Part shown: one piece after another, positions 27,110 through 37,500 of the stretch
Layout of the letters: every line of letters starts with the position of its first letter
Position numbering within the stretch: position 1 is the first letter of the stretch
From: a phage
Sequence record: PZ171032.1
Strand: one strand, 5' to 3'
Length of the DNA stretch: 64,000 nucleotides
Notes under the pieces: generated by a model
The model's input: the letters and a program-made list of their open reading frames with translations, nothing else
Told to the model about the DNA's origin: nothing
Databases searched by the model: none
Translations under genes and position numbers: made by a program

Positions 27110-28156
27110 TTAAGCATAAGATATAGTGATCCATTGACCGTTTACAAGTTTTTGGATAGCACCTGTCCAGTAATCACCTTGATAAGGGTGTTTATAAGCG
27201 TAGTTACCAGAGCACATCACATGTCCAGGGTAGACTCTTGACTCTCTGTAGGTGGTTTTGAAACGGTTCGCTATCCTTACATCGTCAACCCCTCTACTGG
27301 GCATAGGGACAGTAAGGTTACCACTACCGTCTGCGCTGTTACCGTTTACCCTGCGGACCACGTTTCTTCCACCAACGGTTGCATATTGGCCTCTAACGGT
27401 TTCATCGTTACAATCAACTCTTCCACCTATTTGAGCGCTTCCGCAGGATTGTTGTCCGTTAACAGTGGCTCTTGGTATCGTGACCGCATTGGCATTTGCA
27501 GAGGAACTTTTTGCATCGTTGCATTCAAGATTTCCTTGGATAGCCAGTCTTGCACGGTTGGCAGTTATAGCATTGAGCTTCATAGCCGAAAACACAGTCT
27601 GCCCACCAGAAGGTTGAAATCTCCAACGGAACCCGTCTATTTGGTGAGAAGGATCATCAAGGTCTGTGCCGTCAGCACCACCGATGTTGTCCATAATCCA
27701 GAAGTCCATCGTCGTCTTGTCTGGAGTTATGGTGGTATATATTGCCGCATTGTCTGTTGACGCAGATGCAAACTCGATTCTTTGAAGGCCTAAAGTTTGA
27801 GTCTGAGTCATTATGTCTCCAGACTTGTCAACATACAGATCGTCCATTTCTTCAGGCGAGTATACATTGAGAACTTGACGTGCAGCAGCTTTGTCTGGAA
27901 CGTCTGCTAGATTATTAGTGACCCTTAAGAATCTATTATCCCATCCTGGGACAACATCTTCTGTTAAATGCTTTAACCACGCAGAAAGCATGTGAAGTTC
28001 AAAGTTAACAACTTCACATGCCACTCTTTGTGTCATATCCCAACCTTTCAATCTCTCTTCTTTTTTTGGTTGAGACTTATTCAACTCTCCCGTATTTTCA
28101 AGCACAACATCCTGATTGGCCCAAATATCAAGAGGGATAACTGGTTTAGTCATCAC
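27110..28156 (-). CDS. tail fiber protein with P2 gpH-like C-terminal tip (paralog 2)
   Basis: 348 aa; C-terminus '...AIQKLVNGQWITISYA' resembles the conserved P2 H / Mu S tip ending; paralogous to 29168..30208. Confidence 0.7.
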   Translation of the reverse strand: MMTKPVIPLDIWANQDVVLENTGELNKSQPKKEERLKGWDMTQRVACEVVNFELHMLSAWLKHLTEDVVPGWDNRFLRVTNNLADVPDKAAARQVLNVYSPEEMDDLYVDKSGDIMTQTQTLGLQRIEFASASTDNAAIYTTITPDKTTMDFWIMDNIGGADGTDLDDPSHQIDGFRWRFQPSGGQTVFSAMKLNAITANRARLAIQGNLECNDAKSSSANANAVTIPRATVNGQQSCGSAQIGGRVDCNDETVRGQYATVGGRNVVRRVNGNSADGSGNLTVPMPSRGVDDVRIANRFKTTYRESRVYPGHVMCSGNYAYKHPYQGDYWTGAIQKLVNGQWITISYA

Positions 28157-28183
28157 GTTCTCCTGAGAAAATTCCTTAGGACT

Positions 28184-28212
28184 ATTTTAACACTTTAGGG
28201 AACAAAATGCAA
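28184..28212 (-). promoter_or_regulatory. sigma70-like promoter with extended -10 (TGnTAAAAT)
   Basis: On the minus strand: -35 TTGCAT, 17-bp spacer, TGT-TAAAAT; sits right after the 28212..28233 terminator and before the fiber gene. Confidence 0.4.
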
Positions 28213-28233
28213 GAACGGAGTCCTTTCCGTTCT
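28212..28233 (-). terminator. rho-independent terminator-like hairpin
   Basis: agaacgga-gtcctt-tccgttct 8-bp stem followed on the minus strand by TGCATTTTGTT. Confidence 0.45.
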
Positions 28234-28242
28234 GACCTTTGT

Positions 28243-28557
28243 TTACCTTTTACTATGCTCTACGAGCATGTGCAAAATCTTTTGTACATCGGCTCTGATG
28301 CCGGAGACATCTGTCCTGACATCCTGCTTAAGGTCGTTAATATCGGCCTCTAGCTTGCTTAACCGGGTCTCTATAACGGAATCAAGTTTATCTTTTGTAA
28401 CCATACTGTTTTTCACTAAGATGAGGTCTTTCTCCAGCTCATCCAACCTCTTGGAAATGCCTTTCCATTTGGTGTGCCACTGGTTGAAAGCCCATACACA
28501 GATCGGGACAACGGTACCCATGCAGATACCGTACAATGCCGCCAAATCCAACTCCAC
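28243..28557 (-). CDS. membrane-anchored coiled-coil protein
   Basis: 104 aa; N-terminal hydrophobic segment 'LAALYGICMGTVVPICVWAF' followed by a charged helical region. Confidence 0.5.
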   Translation of the reverse strand: MELDLAALYGICMGTVVPICVWAFNQWHTKWKGISKRLDELEKDLILVKNSMVTKDKLDSVIETRLSKLEADINDLKQDVRTDVSGIRADVQKILHMLVEHSKR

Positions 28558-28568
28558 AACACCTCCTC

Positions 28569-29153
28569 TTAGAGGGTAGGTCGCTCCGGGAAGAAAATGT
28601 CAGGGGCTTTAGATGTATCTATTTCAAGAAGTTTTACCCTGTACATTTTCAAATCTCTGATGTTACGTTTCTGGTCATCAGTAAGATCATATTCAAGGTC
28701 AATCATGTCTTGATAGGCACCAATTCTAGCAGTAGCCCAAGCAAGTTCTGTCTCTATGACACCCTCTGCCTGTTGAACAAAGAATTCATTATCTGTGACA
28801 AATTCATCACCAACTAAACGCAAAGCGTCGTGGTGAAGCATAATGTTTTCTGGTACCTCTTCTTTTTTGGCGATAACCACACGAAGACCTGGAGCAGGCC
28901 ATAAGGCATCAGGTTCTTCTGTAGATGTCTTAAGAATTCCCTTCTCGTCAACAAGTAGGAAGATACAACCCGGATTTTCTTGTCGCAATGTTCGTGACTG
29001 CACATACCAATCGCCATCATCATTACGTAAAAAATACCCAGTGTATGCGGTGTAATCCTCAACCTCTTGAGGGGTCAGCTCCTTGGTTTCCTTGTTGGCG
29101 TGGTATTCGCCAGATCCCGGTTGGTAAAGTTTAAACTCTTTAAGTATTTTCAT
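28569..29153 (-). CDS. tail fiber assembly protein (Tfa chaperone family)
   Basis: C-terminal 'LTDDQKRNIRDLKMYRVKLLEIDTSKAPDIFFPERP' matches the Tfa signature as recalled (a conserved Y-R, a D-x-S and an A-P-D-I ... P tail); immediately downstream of a gpH-like fiber. Confidence 0.75.
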   Translation of the reverse strand: MKILKEFKLYQPGSGEYHANKETKELTPQEVEDYTAYTGYFLRNDDGDWYVQSRTLRQENPGCIFLLVDEKGILKTSTEEPDALWPAPGLRVVIAKKEEVPENIMLHHDALRLVGDEFVTDNEFFVQQAEGVIETELAWATARIGAYQDMIDLEYDLTDDQKRNIRDLKMYRVKLLEIDTSKAPDIFFPERPTL

Positions 29154-29167
29154 GCTAGTCCTCCGAT

Positions 29168-30208
29168 CTATGCATAATTAACAGTGATCCATTGACCATT
29201 TACAAGTTTTTGTAAAGGTCCTGCCCAGTAAGTTGAACCACGCATCTCTTTTTTGTCACCGAAATGCCAGCCTGTGACAACGTAGCCGTTGCGGATTGGA
29301 GATTCAGAAACGCCGTCCACAAGTCTTGCACCGATTCTGATGTCTTGCACACCCGTCTGCGGGATAGTGATCGTTACATCACCGTTACCGTTAGCCGTCA
29401 CTCCGTTCACAGAGCGAACCACATTTCTGTTACCTACAACACAGTGCTGGCTTCTTACAACCATACTGTCACAACTTGCACCACCATTAACATATACTGA
29501 CCCAGCCGTCAACTGACTAGCCACATTACAGTTGGTGAATGTTGCGGTATTGCTGATAGTAAGGTTATTGCACCTCATGTTATCGACAACTTCAACATTG
29601 CCTACCACTTTCAACAGCGCACGGTTAGCCGTGATCGCGTTAAGGTACATCAAAGTGAACTCTGGATTAATATCCGGCTGAGTTGGCTGGAATCTCCAAC
29701 GAAACGCATCTATTGTAGATGTGCCACCATCATCAAACGACCCAAAATTATCACTTAACCCAAAGTCGAGAGTTGTCTTATCTGGGCCAATAGTTGTCTC
29801 TATCCAAGCCTTATCTGTCTCGGCAGCTTTAAAGTTGATACGTTGCAAACCCAATGGGCCTGTCATTGTATCACCTGTAACTTTTACATACCTAGCGTCT
29901 GCCTCTTCCTTAGTAATAATCCCAAGGTTTCTACGGGCAACAGGAATGTTCAAAAGATCACTCAAGTTATTATCACGTACCAGATAACGGCCTTCTTGAG
30001 CGGGGATCTGCTCGTCAGCAATGTATTTTGCCCAAGTCCCGAGCATATTGAAAATATAGTTAAGCTCTTCGCATGAGGGCTTTTGACCAAGATCCCAACC
30101 TTTTCTCCACAAATCATCAATCGGGCGTAGCCTGTTCTGTCTGTGGGTGTTAGGCAGAACCTGATCCTCCTCTGCCCAAATCTCTAATGGAAAACTAGGT
30201 TTTGACAT
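29168..30208 (-). CDS. tail fiber protein with P2 gpH-like C-terminal tip (paralog 1)
   Basis: 346 aa; C-terminus '...GPLQKLVNGQWITVNYA'; N-terminal and central regions align with 27110..28156. Confidence 0.7.
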   Translation of the reverse strand: MSKPSFPLEIWAEEDQVLPNTHRQNRLRPIDDLWRKGWDLGQKPSCEELNYIFNMLGTWAKYIADEQIPAQEGRYLVRDNNLSDLLNIPVARRNLGIITKEEADARYVKVTGDTMTGPLGLQRINFKAAETDKAWIETTIGPDKTTLDFGLSDNFGSFDDGGTSTIDAFRWRFQPTQPDINPEFTLMYLNAITANRALLKVVGNVEVVDNMRCNNLTISNTATFTNCNVASQLTAGSVYVNGGASCDSMVVRSQHCVVGNRNVVRSVNGVTANGNGDVTITIPQTGVQDIRIGARLVDGVSESPIRNGYVVTGWHFGDKKEMRGSTYWAGPLQKLVNGQWITVNYA

Positions 30209-30220
30209 TTTATCTCCTGA

Positions 30221-32293
30221 TTATGAGAAGTCTGGCGGGACAACATCTTCTACATACCCTTTCAGAGCAACCTGCCCCATATGAAGCACGGTAGAATCTC
30301 TAGCGGTAACAGTGATGCTGTCAGACATTACTTGCGGGTATGCCCACACATACTGTTTTACCTCAGGGTATCTATACTCTATAGTTGCCATGTTTCCGCA
30401 AATACATCTCCATAAAAATTCTTGGTAATTCCTAGTTGGGTCGTAGCCATATACCGGAGCAAGCTCTTTACTAGGAACGAACCCTGCAAGGTATTGTATT
30501 TCAGACGGTTGCCAACCTAACTTAACGATAGGTATGTTTACAGACTCTTTTGCCTTTTCAATACCTCCCTGCATCACCCAATCGTAGCACTCAGTGCAGA
30601 AGAAATCAAGAGCACCTGCTTCCTTTTTATATTGGTCAGCAAGGTTCAGCTTTTGCGTAAGCTCGGTTTCCATAATGGTTGGGAAAAACAGCAAAGCTGT
30701 CATCTGAGCTGATGCAGCGTGTGCTTTTATTGCCTTTGAAATAGCCGCAATACGAGCGCCAAGCTTACCACGACAAAATGCTACATACTTGTCGTAAACA
30801 CCGCCAGTTTTAGGATCGTCAATAGTCCCAATATCTAATGCATACTCGCCTGTCTCATCATAAAACGCCTGTTTTGTAGGGTAATCATAAATACAAGGTC
30901 TACGAGTATCGGTATTGTACCACCACCACGGTTCACCAACCTGCATAATCACTGGCAGGTTGTTTCTCATAGCGGCTGATGCAAAATTCTTAAATACTGC
31001 AGTAAGGAAATTCATACCCTCTTCAATGGTTGGAGACAGGAGGTAGCTACAAGGTGTATACCCTGTTTTAGCGTAGTTATCGTTCCAGTCTCTTTGGGTC
31101 CATTCCAACGGGCAGGCGTCGCTGAAAAGCTCAAAACTTACAGATTGCATAACGTCGAAGTTATGTCGTTTGGCATTGTACATAAAATCATCATGCCATT
31201 TATAAGCTGCAGCGTTTAGCGCTCCTGTTCTGTTTATAGACCATTGGGTTCCTGACCATGTGTAGTCATAATAATGACTCATACCAACATAATGGTTTAT
31301 GGTTCCGGTATAGCCCAGACGCTTGATATTGTTCAACACCCTTAAAGGAGACACGTTCCACATATCGTCATATGCGGTGCAGATCCCAACATCGTGCTCT
31401 TTAACCTGAATATTGTTAAGTTGCATCATTTTCCAGCCTGTGTCTGGCTGGAGCAGATCTAGGCGCAACTCACACTCTACATTTTCCGTTCTCGGGTCTG
31501 TGCTATTACTTACCCAGTCTTTAGGCATGAGCGGTATTAAAATCCTTCTCACCTGCCGAGGATCAACACCCATCATGTTGTTGTTCTGGTCCATCCCGAC
31601 GCAGTCCTCAAAATCAATATGAATTTCTGCAACATTCTTATCCTCTGAGATGCTGACAGCATATTGAGCTAAAGGAACATAGATGATTGTGCCATCAACA
31701 AGGTCTACAGTCATAATCATCTTTTCAGGAGTGGAGAAGTTGCTGGCGTTGGTTATTGACATTCTGAACCAAAGCTTGGTGTTTCTCATCTCATAGTGAT
31801 CATCAAACCCAATACCGAAATGGTCATACTTGTCAACTGTTTCCCAAATGCACCCAGCCATACCCCCATATGTTCTTGACACTAAACGGTTAATACAACA
31901 GTTGTTATCTGCAACAATACAGGTACTTTCAGTCTGCTGAGTAGTTGTAACCCAATACCTTGGGTGAAACATTCTCTCCTCAACAGTATCCCAAGATATC
32001 CTGTCAAGATTCTCATCTGAAACTATTGTACATTTCGCCCTTTGTGTTCCAATCATCACCCCTTGAGATTTTGATGAAAACTCCATAAAGAAGCTTCTTG
32101 GCAACCTGTTGGGTAATTTGTCAACAATTTCCACAGGGATCTCAATACTGGTTGCCCCAATTGGGATAGTTACATCGCCCTCAACATGATTATAATCCCT
32201 ACCAGGAACGGCAGTATCCTGAACTGTTCGGTAATGAAACTGTGCAGCCATTGTAGAGTAATCACGGTAAGGTTTAAAAACAGCTGTTGCCAT
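30221..32293 (-). CDS. baseplate/tail fiber-associated protein with possible glycoside-hydrolase-like C-terminal domain
   Basis: 690 aa; aromatic-rich C-terminal half ('GEPWWWYNTD', 'FFCTECYDW') reminiscent of carbohydrate-active enzymes; position between baseplate and fiber genes. Confidence 0.45.
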   Translation of the reverse strand: MATAVFKPYRDYSTMAAQFHYRTVQDTAVPGRDYNHVEGDVTIPIGATSIEIPVEIVDKLPNRLPRSFFMEFSSKSQGVMIGTQRAKCTIVSDENLDRISWDTVEERMFHPRYWVTTTQQTESTCIVADNNCCINRLVSRTYGGMAGCIWETVDKYDHFGIGFDDHYEMRNTKLWFRMSITNASNFSTPEKMIMTVDLVDGTIIYVPLAQYAVSISEDKNVAEIHIDFEDCVGMDQNNNMMGVDPRQVRRILIPLMPKDWVSNSTDPRTENVECELRLDLLQPDTGWKMMQLNNIQVKEHDVGICTAYDDMWNVSPLRVLNNIKRLGYTGTINHYVGMSHYYDYTWSGTQWSINRTGALNAAAYKWHDDFMYNAKRHNFDVMQSVSFELFSDACPLEWTQRDWNDNYAKTGYTPCSYLLSPTIEEGMNFLTAVFKNFASAAMRNNLPVIMQVGEPWWWYNTDTRRPCIYDYPTKQAFYDETGEYALDIGTIDDPKTGGVYDKYVAFCRGKLGARIAAISKAIKAHAASAQMTALLFFPTIMETELTQKLNLADQYKKEAGALDFFCTECYDWVMQGGIEKAKESVNIPIVKLGWQPSEIQYLAGFVPSKELAPVYGYDPTRNYQEFLWRCICGNMATIEYRYPEVKQYVWAYPQVMSDSITVTARDSTVLHMGQVALKGYVEDVVPPDFS

Positions 32294-32979
32294 TAACCCT
32301 CCTGTCTAGTTGCGTTTACTGTAATACTTTCACAATAAATGGTTGTGGTGTCCCAATCAGGTCTTACGTCAGGAACATATAGCAAAGTAGCCAGCCCACC
32401 AACTCCGAATTGGTTTTCTTCCCACACTGATCCGAAGCCAAGAGCTGTGGAGTCCCCTTCAAAACCAAAAGCTTGCCCTTGCGATTCTGTAAGACGCAAA
32501 TGACAAGGCAATGGTAGCATATCTAAGATCTGGTCGATAGACTGCAGTATGTCAAAGCAGGTTTTTCTAATGTTTATGTCAAACCTGAAGTTGTCTCCTT
32601 TCCACGTATCGAAATTGTCTCTTCCGAACAATTGTCGCAAGGTAGAGATGACATCTTCGCGAGTCCCGCCCCTTGATGCTGCGGCCTGCTGAATAATTAG
32701 TGTGGCACGAAAATCAGCATCTGAAAGTCCATTTCTAAGAATACCAAGTTGATTACCAACTTCGTCAAGGTATCTTCCGCTGGCATTGTTAAGCAATCTT
32801 CCTTCAGCCAAACCTACCAGCATCTTATCAACATCCTCCAACCTTTTAAGGTACACGGTTAAGAATGTGACTAAATTAACCTTCTCAGCCAGAAAATCTC
32901 CAGGCAGGTAGTCAAGACCTCCCTGAACAAAATCTGGCAGAGTGTGGATGTGGTTAACATCCGACTTAATCTCTGCCAT
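32293..32979 (-). CDS. putative baseplate wedge/tail-fiber attachment protein
   Basis: 228 aa directly downstream of the baseplate-J-like gene with overlapping stop and start; assignment is by position. Confidence 0.35.
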   Translation of the reverse strand: MAEIKSDVNHIHTLPDFVQGGLDYLPGDFLAEKVNLVTFLTVYLKRLEDVDKMLVGLAEGRLLNNASGRYLDEVGNQLGILRNGLSDADFRATLIIQQAAASRGGTREDVISTLRQLFGRDNFDTWKGDNFRFDINIRKTCFDILQSIDQILDMLPLPCHLRLTESQGQAFGFEGDSTALGFGSVWEENQFGVGGLATLLYVPDVRPDWDTTTIYCESITVNATRQEG

Positions 32980-32990
32980 ATCTCGCCGCC

Positions 32991-34481
32991 TTAAATAGTT
33001 TGTTGGAAAGTTATATTACTTTCGTCGAGGTCAAACACCTCGGTCATGTTCGCAACAATATCGTTTGTAGTGTAAGCTTCATCAGAAGCTCCTACTGGTT
33101 TAACTTGAATTACCAGTCTATTAAATCTGCCTATTGACACAGCAGCAGATGCAGCACCGACCAATTGGATATTATACAACGTATCTGCAACATCCAGTCC
33201 GTTAACAACCTGCAAAAGAGCCTCTACAATGGCATCTTTTTCGGTTGTGGAAAGCGCAGCACCGGAGTAGGTAATTCTTACATCCAGTCGGTAGGTATTT
33301 GCCTTGGAATAATAAATTCTTTCAGTTTGACCGTCAGATGTAGTGACATCGTAGAAAATATTACCATAAGTCCTGTTCGTACAGGCGATAGTTTGGTAAA
33401 GCGCTTGGCAAATGTCCTCCGTTGCACCACCAAACACAACCACTTGGAACTTGTAAGGAGGTATACCTTTAGCATCAGTTTTATCGGTGTTGTTGGAGAA
33501 CACTCTCACTTTCTCAACACCTTTCACCTCGCTTACAGCGCTAAGGATTGCAGGACGAGTGGCCTTAGATGTTAACTGTTTTGTGCTGGAAGCTCTTAAG
33601 CGATACTCGGAGTCTTTCTCAACATCCCTGCCCTCATTGAATCTTTCTCGGTTGGTAAGTTTGATAAATCCACTGGGCGTAGGCGACATTGTTGTTACGG
33701 TTTCTGCCTCTCTTGACAGCTCACCAGCCTCGTTGGCGATAACATCCAGGGTGATAGTTCTTTCCCCTACAATCGGGGATACTCTGAAATCTACTCTACT
33801 ATTAAGTCCAACTTGATCAAGATTCGAATTGTACCCTATCCACAACGTCCCTGTCAACATATCGATCTGAATCAAATCGTCGTTCAACAGGGTTGTATTA
33901 TCGACAATGAATTGCTTAATCTCTCCGTAAAAGCTTGGCAAATCAGAAGAGTCCAGAGACTTATCTGTTAAAACCAGGCTTTTTGTTTTGATACTTCCAT
34001 CTGTCTGGTTGGTAATTTGGAAGTTGTATTTCCCAATCCTTAGGTCTGGAGCATTTATTCTGTGAGCAATAAGATTCCCTGCTACTTGCACATCGTTGCT
34101 AAGAACAAAGTTGCCACTGTCCAGCGTATAAGTTTTGGAATCATAAATCATATTGTACGGCACAGTTGTGTTGATTGTCAACTGGCAGGTACCTGATGAT
34201 TTAGAACGGCCTCTTCGGTAAATACCCTGTCTTCCAAGAAGCTCATCTAGGTAAATACCTTCTGCCCCATACAGCGTCTGTGATGCGTATACAGATGCTG
34301 CCATAAGAATAAGTTGATACTCTCTCTCGTTGAAGATAGTGGTCAGCTTATCTGCAACGGAGTTACTCTGTACGTTGAAGTTTTCGCCAAAAGCACGGAT
34401 CAGGCTTTGCTTAGTTTCAACGATTAGGTCATTTAGGGTTGGTATAACGAAACCAGCCTCTGTCAATCCATACTTAGCCAC
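32991..34481 (-). CDS. baseplate J-like protein
   Basis: 496 aa; N-terminal pattern 'YGLTEAGFVIPTLNDLI...L..AFGENF' typical of the baseplate J family; preceded by its own promoter. Confidence 0.5.
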   Translation of the reverse strand: MAKYGLTEAGFVIPTLNDLIVETKQSLIRAFGENFNVQSNSVADKLTTIFNEREYQLILMAASVYASQTLYGAEGIYLDELLGRQGIYRRGRSKSSGTCQLTINTTVPYNMIYDSKTYTLDSGNFVLSNDVQVAGNLIAHRINAPDLRIGKYNFQITNQTDGSIKTKSLVLTDKSLDSSDLPSFYGEIKQFIVDNTTLLNDDLIQIDMLTGTLWIGYNSNLDQVGLNSRVDFRVSPIVGERTITLDVIANEAGELSREAETVTTMSPTPSGFIKLTNRERFNEGRDVEKDSEYRLRASSTKQLTSKATRPAILSAVSEVKGVEKVRVFSNNTDKTDAKGIPPYKFQVVVFGGATEDICQALYQTIACTNRTYGNIFYDVTTSDGQTERIYYSKANTYRLDVRITYSGAALSTTEKDAIVEALLQVVNGLDVADTLYNIQLVGAASAAVSIGRFNRLVIQVKPVGASDEAYTTNDIVANMTEVFDLDESNITFQQTI

Positions 34482-34514
34482 GTCACTCCTCCGGTATGAA
34501 AATCTCTACAAGGT

Positions 34515-34543
34515 ATTTTACCAAATTTTGTAACAATAGTCAA
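34515..34543 (-). promoter_or_regulatory. sigma70-like promoter with extended -10
   Basis: On the minus strand: -35 TTGACT (reverse complement of 34538-34543), 17-bp spacer, TGG-TAAAAT (reverse complement of 34515-34523). Confidence 0.55.
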
Positions 34544-34561
34544 TCTGAGCATAAAAATAAA

Positions 34562-34577
34562 CCCCGCCGAAGCGGGG
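34562..34577 (-). terminator. rho-independent terminator
   Basis: ccccgc-cgaa-gcgggg hairpin followed on the minus strand by TTTATTTTTAT. Confidence 0.65.
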
Positions 34578-34586
34578 CTTTAAAGG

Positions 34587-37500
34587 TTAGTCGTGAGACT
34601 CGTTCCAAGGTCCCTGGAAGCTTGAGTTAGAACGGCTTACTACAACAGTAGGACAGGATATTGCGACCCCTGTTACAGAAGACGTTGACCATGGTGTGTA
34701 GATTTCAACAACAATATCTATGGTTTGTTCACCAAGACCTGTTATCCCTACCGCACACATGCCGTTGTTGTCGTTTCCGTACTTCTTACCTGCAAGGATT
34801 TGATGTCCGGCTATCCAAACGTTGAGCTGGGAGCTGGCAAGAGTACCATTCAGTTTAAAGAAGAATGTTACGTTCTTACCCTGACCTGAAACGTTATCTA
34901 CGTATCTCCACCTCCAACGGCAAACCCTTTGCTGGGAGTTATATACTGGAGCACAATCCCCATAAGTCCTGTGTGCAACAATTGCACCTTCGAACTGGTT
35001 AGCGCGGATAACAGAAGCTTCTACACGACCACGGAAGGTACCTCCGGTTGCGTCTATGGTGCCTCTAAAGCTACCATTATTGGCATAAACATCCCCACGG
35101 AAGGTACCACTAGTGGCGTTAACTGCCCCTGTGAAGTTACCAGAACTGGCGTTGATGTTGCCTTTCACCCACACATCCATAAATTGGGCGTGCCCGTTCT
35201 TGTTAATATACCAACCGTATTTATGGTACCCGTTGCCATCGTAGTTGTTTGACGAAATTTCTTGTGCGATCTTGGCAGAGGAGATCGTGCCATTCTCTAT
35301 AAAAGCGTCTTTCAAGAATGCTTGGTTGTTCTTGATTGCGAAAGCAAGGGTTGCTGTTCCATTGCCTGGGTTGTATACCGCAAAATTGTTTGCACTAACC
35401 ATGAAGTAGGATTGAACTTGGCCCCCAGACCCTTCCATCCCCAACTGGATACCTGCAACATATTTATTCCCTGCGGAGTCTACCTGTATTTTTGTGCCCC
35501 ACTGAGCATTTACTTTACCCTCTAAGTCGGTTACAGCCTTAGATGTTGTAGCTACTGCAGCCCTGATCTCGGACACATCCCCAACACCATCAATGATCTC
35601 CTGCTTAGCAACGGCAAGTTCTTGACGAATAGCTGACGCTGTGCCGTTAATCAGATCAACAGTGGCGTTATTAGTTTCAGAAATATTCGCAGACAAGTCT
35701 TTCTTCGTCTGAGTCAGCTTATTGTCCAACCCAGTAATATTATTGGTGTTGGTTGTAATCTGCCCTTTAGCAGTGGTTAACTGCTCAGTCAAAGCTGCCG
35801 TTTTCTGATTCAACAGGTCAGTTGTGGCCTTGTTGGTGGTAGAAATCAACGTATTAAGATCAGACTTGGCGGTGTTTATCTTACCATCAAGCGTGGTGTA
35901 GTTTTTGGACACTGTGGCGTTGGTCTGGCTAATCTTCTGGTCAAGAGTCTCAGAAGTTCTGTTCAGCAAGTCCACAGTGGCCTGGTTAGTGCTCAGAATG
36001 CTCGCATCCAACTCAGATCTTTGAGTATTCAACTTGCCCTCTAGGCTCTTATCACCAGCCAGATAGCCTTTTTCAACATCTCCGATCTGCTCAGTCAACT
36101 CGCCCTGTGCAGCAACCAGTTTTTCATCCAACGCCTCTGTTTTCTTATTAAGAAGATCAGTGGTGGATTTGTTGGTTGACTCAATCAAGGATGATAGTTT
36201 AGCACTCTCATTCTGCAGGTTGTTGGTCAACTCACCTTTCGTTGCTGTCAGCTTGCTGTCTAAAGCCTCGGTTTTCCGATTAAGGAGATCTGTAGTCGTT
36301 TTATTGGTTGATACAATCAGAGAGTTCAGCTCAGAGCTTTCCTGTGCTAAAGCATCTTCCAATTCACCCCTTGTTGAAACAATCTTCTCGTCCAAAGCTT
36401 CAGTTTTCTGATTTAACAGATCGGTTGTAGCTTTGTTAGTGGTCTGGATTAGAGAAGTCAACTTGCCACTTTCTTTAGAAAGATCATTTGCAAACTTATT
36501 CTGAGTGGCTACCAGTTTCTGGTCTAGAGTGGTAAGCGTTCCATTAACGTCCTGGAAGTTGTCGTGGGTTTCTTGGATGAATATTCCAACCCTATCCCCC
36601 AACTGAGCATACAGCTTGTCTACTCTAGAGAACTCACCTTCCATGTGGTCAAAAGCCTCGTCAACTCTACCATCCATGTACCTGTTAAGTTCTGTGACAC
36701 GATTTTCAACCTCTTCAATAGAGGAATCCAAAGTGCTCATCAACTCTTTATAAGTTTCTGTCTTTTTGAATTCAGCATCTATCTGAGGCATCAAATCCTC
36801 GATAGAGGTGTAGCAGCGTGCAGCGCATTCTACAAACTGAGAGCTACCAAAAGCGTTTGTGGTTCTAATATACCAATAATAAACCTTATCGTTCTGCAGG
36901 CCTTCAGATGTCCAAGTTGAACCAACACCCATACGGGTGGCGTTTGAAGTAACGGTTGCATCACTGGTGTCGGGCAACCTTGTCATACCAGATGTCCAAA
37001 AGTCATACTGGGTGCTTACACTTGCTAAATCCCTGCTGTGTGGAATCAAGGTGATAGCAAAGTATCCCTGCTTAACCTCTACAGAAACAGGAGCTTCAGG
37101 TGCCTGAATGTTAAACTCGCAGTACGCTTCTGGAGATACACCACCTTTATAAGATGTTGCAACCACGGTTGCTGTGTATGATCCTTTGGTCAAGCCTTCT
37201 ACTCGGACAAACTGCTCAACTGTCTGTGCTGTCCAAACAATCTCTCCGTTCTTTCTTACCTGTACAATATTTTGAGCGTAAGTTCCAACGTTGTCCCAAG
37301 CCAAAACACCGTGAGTTACTTCTCCGGCTTGGAGAACGGAATATCTGAAGTTTTGCGGTTGAGCTACACCAGATGGAGATATCGGAATATCTACATTGCC
37401 AGAATCCGGAAGTTGCCCTGTGGCATCATTCCACTCTTTAGCATCTTGACGAAGTTTTACCTTGACACCACCCTTTTTGGTAAACTCCCATTCAAGAACC

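Noticed and set aside
35590-36490. CRISPR-like or other non-coding repeat array
   Set aside because: The repeats are degenerate, in-frame and encode a coiled-coil heptad pattern inside a continuous 1381-aa ORF; there is no spacer-repeat regularity.
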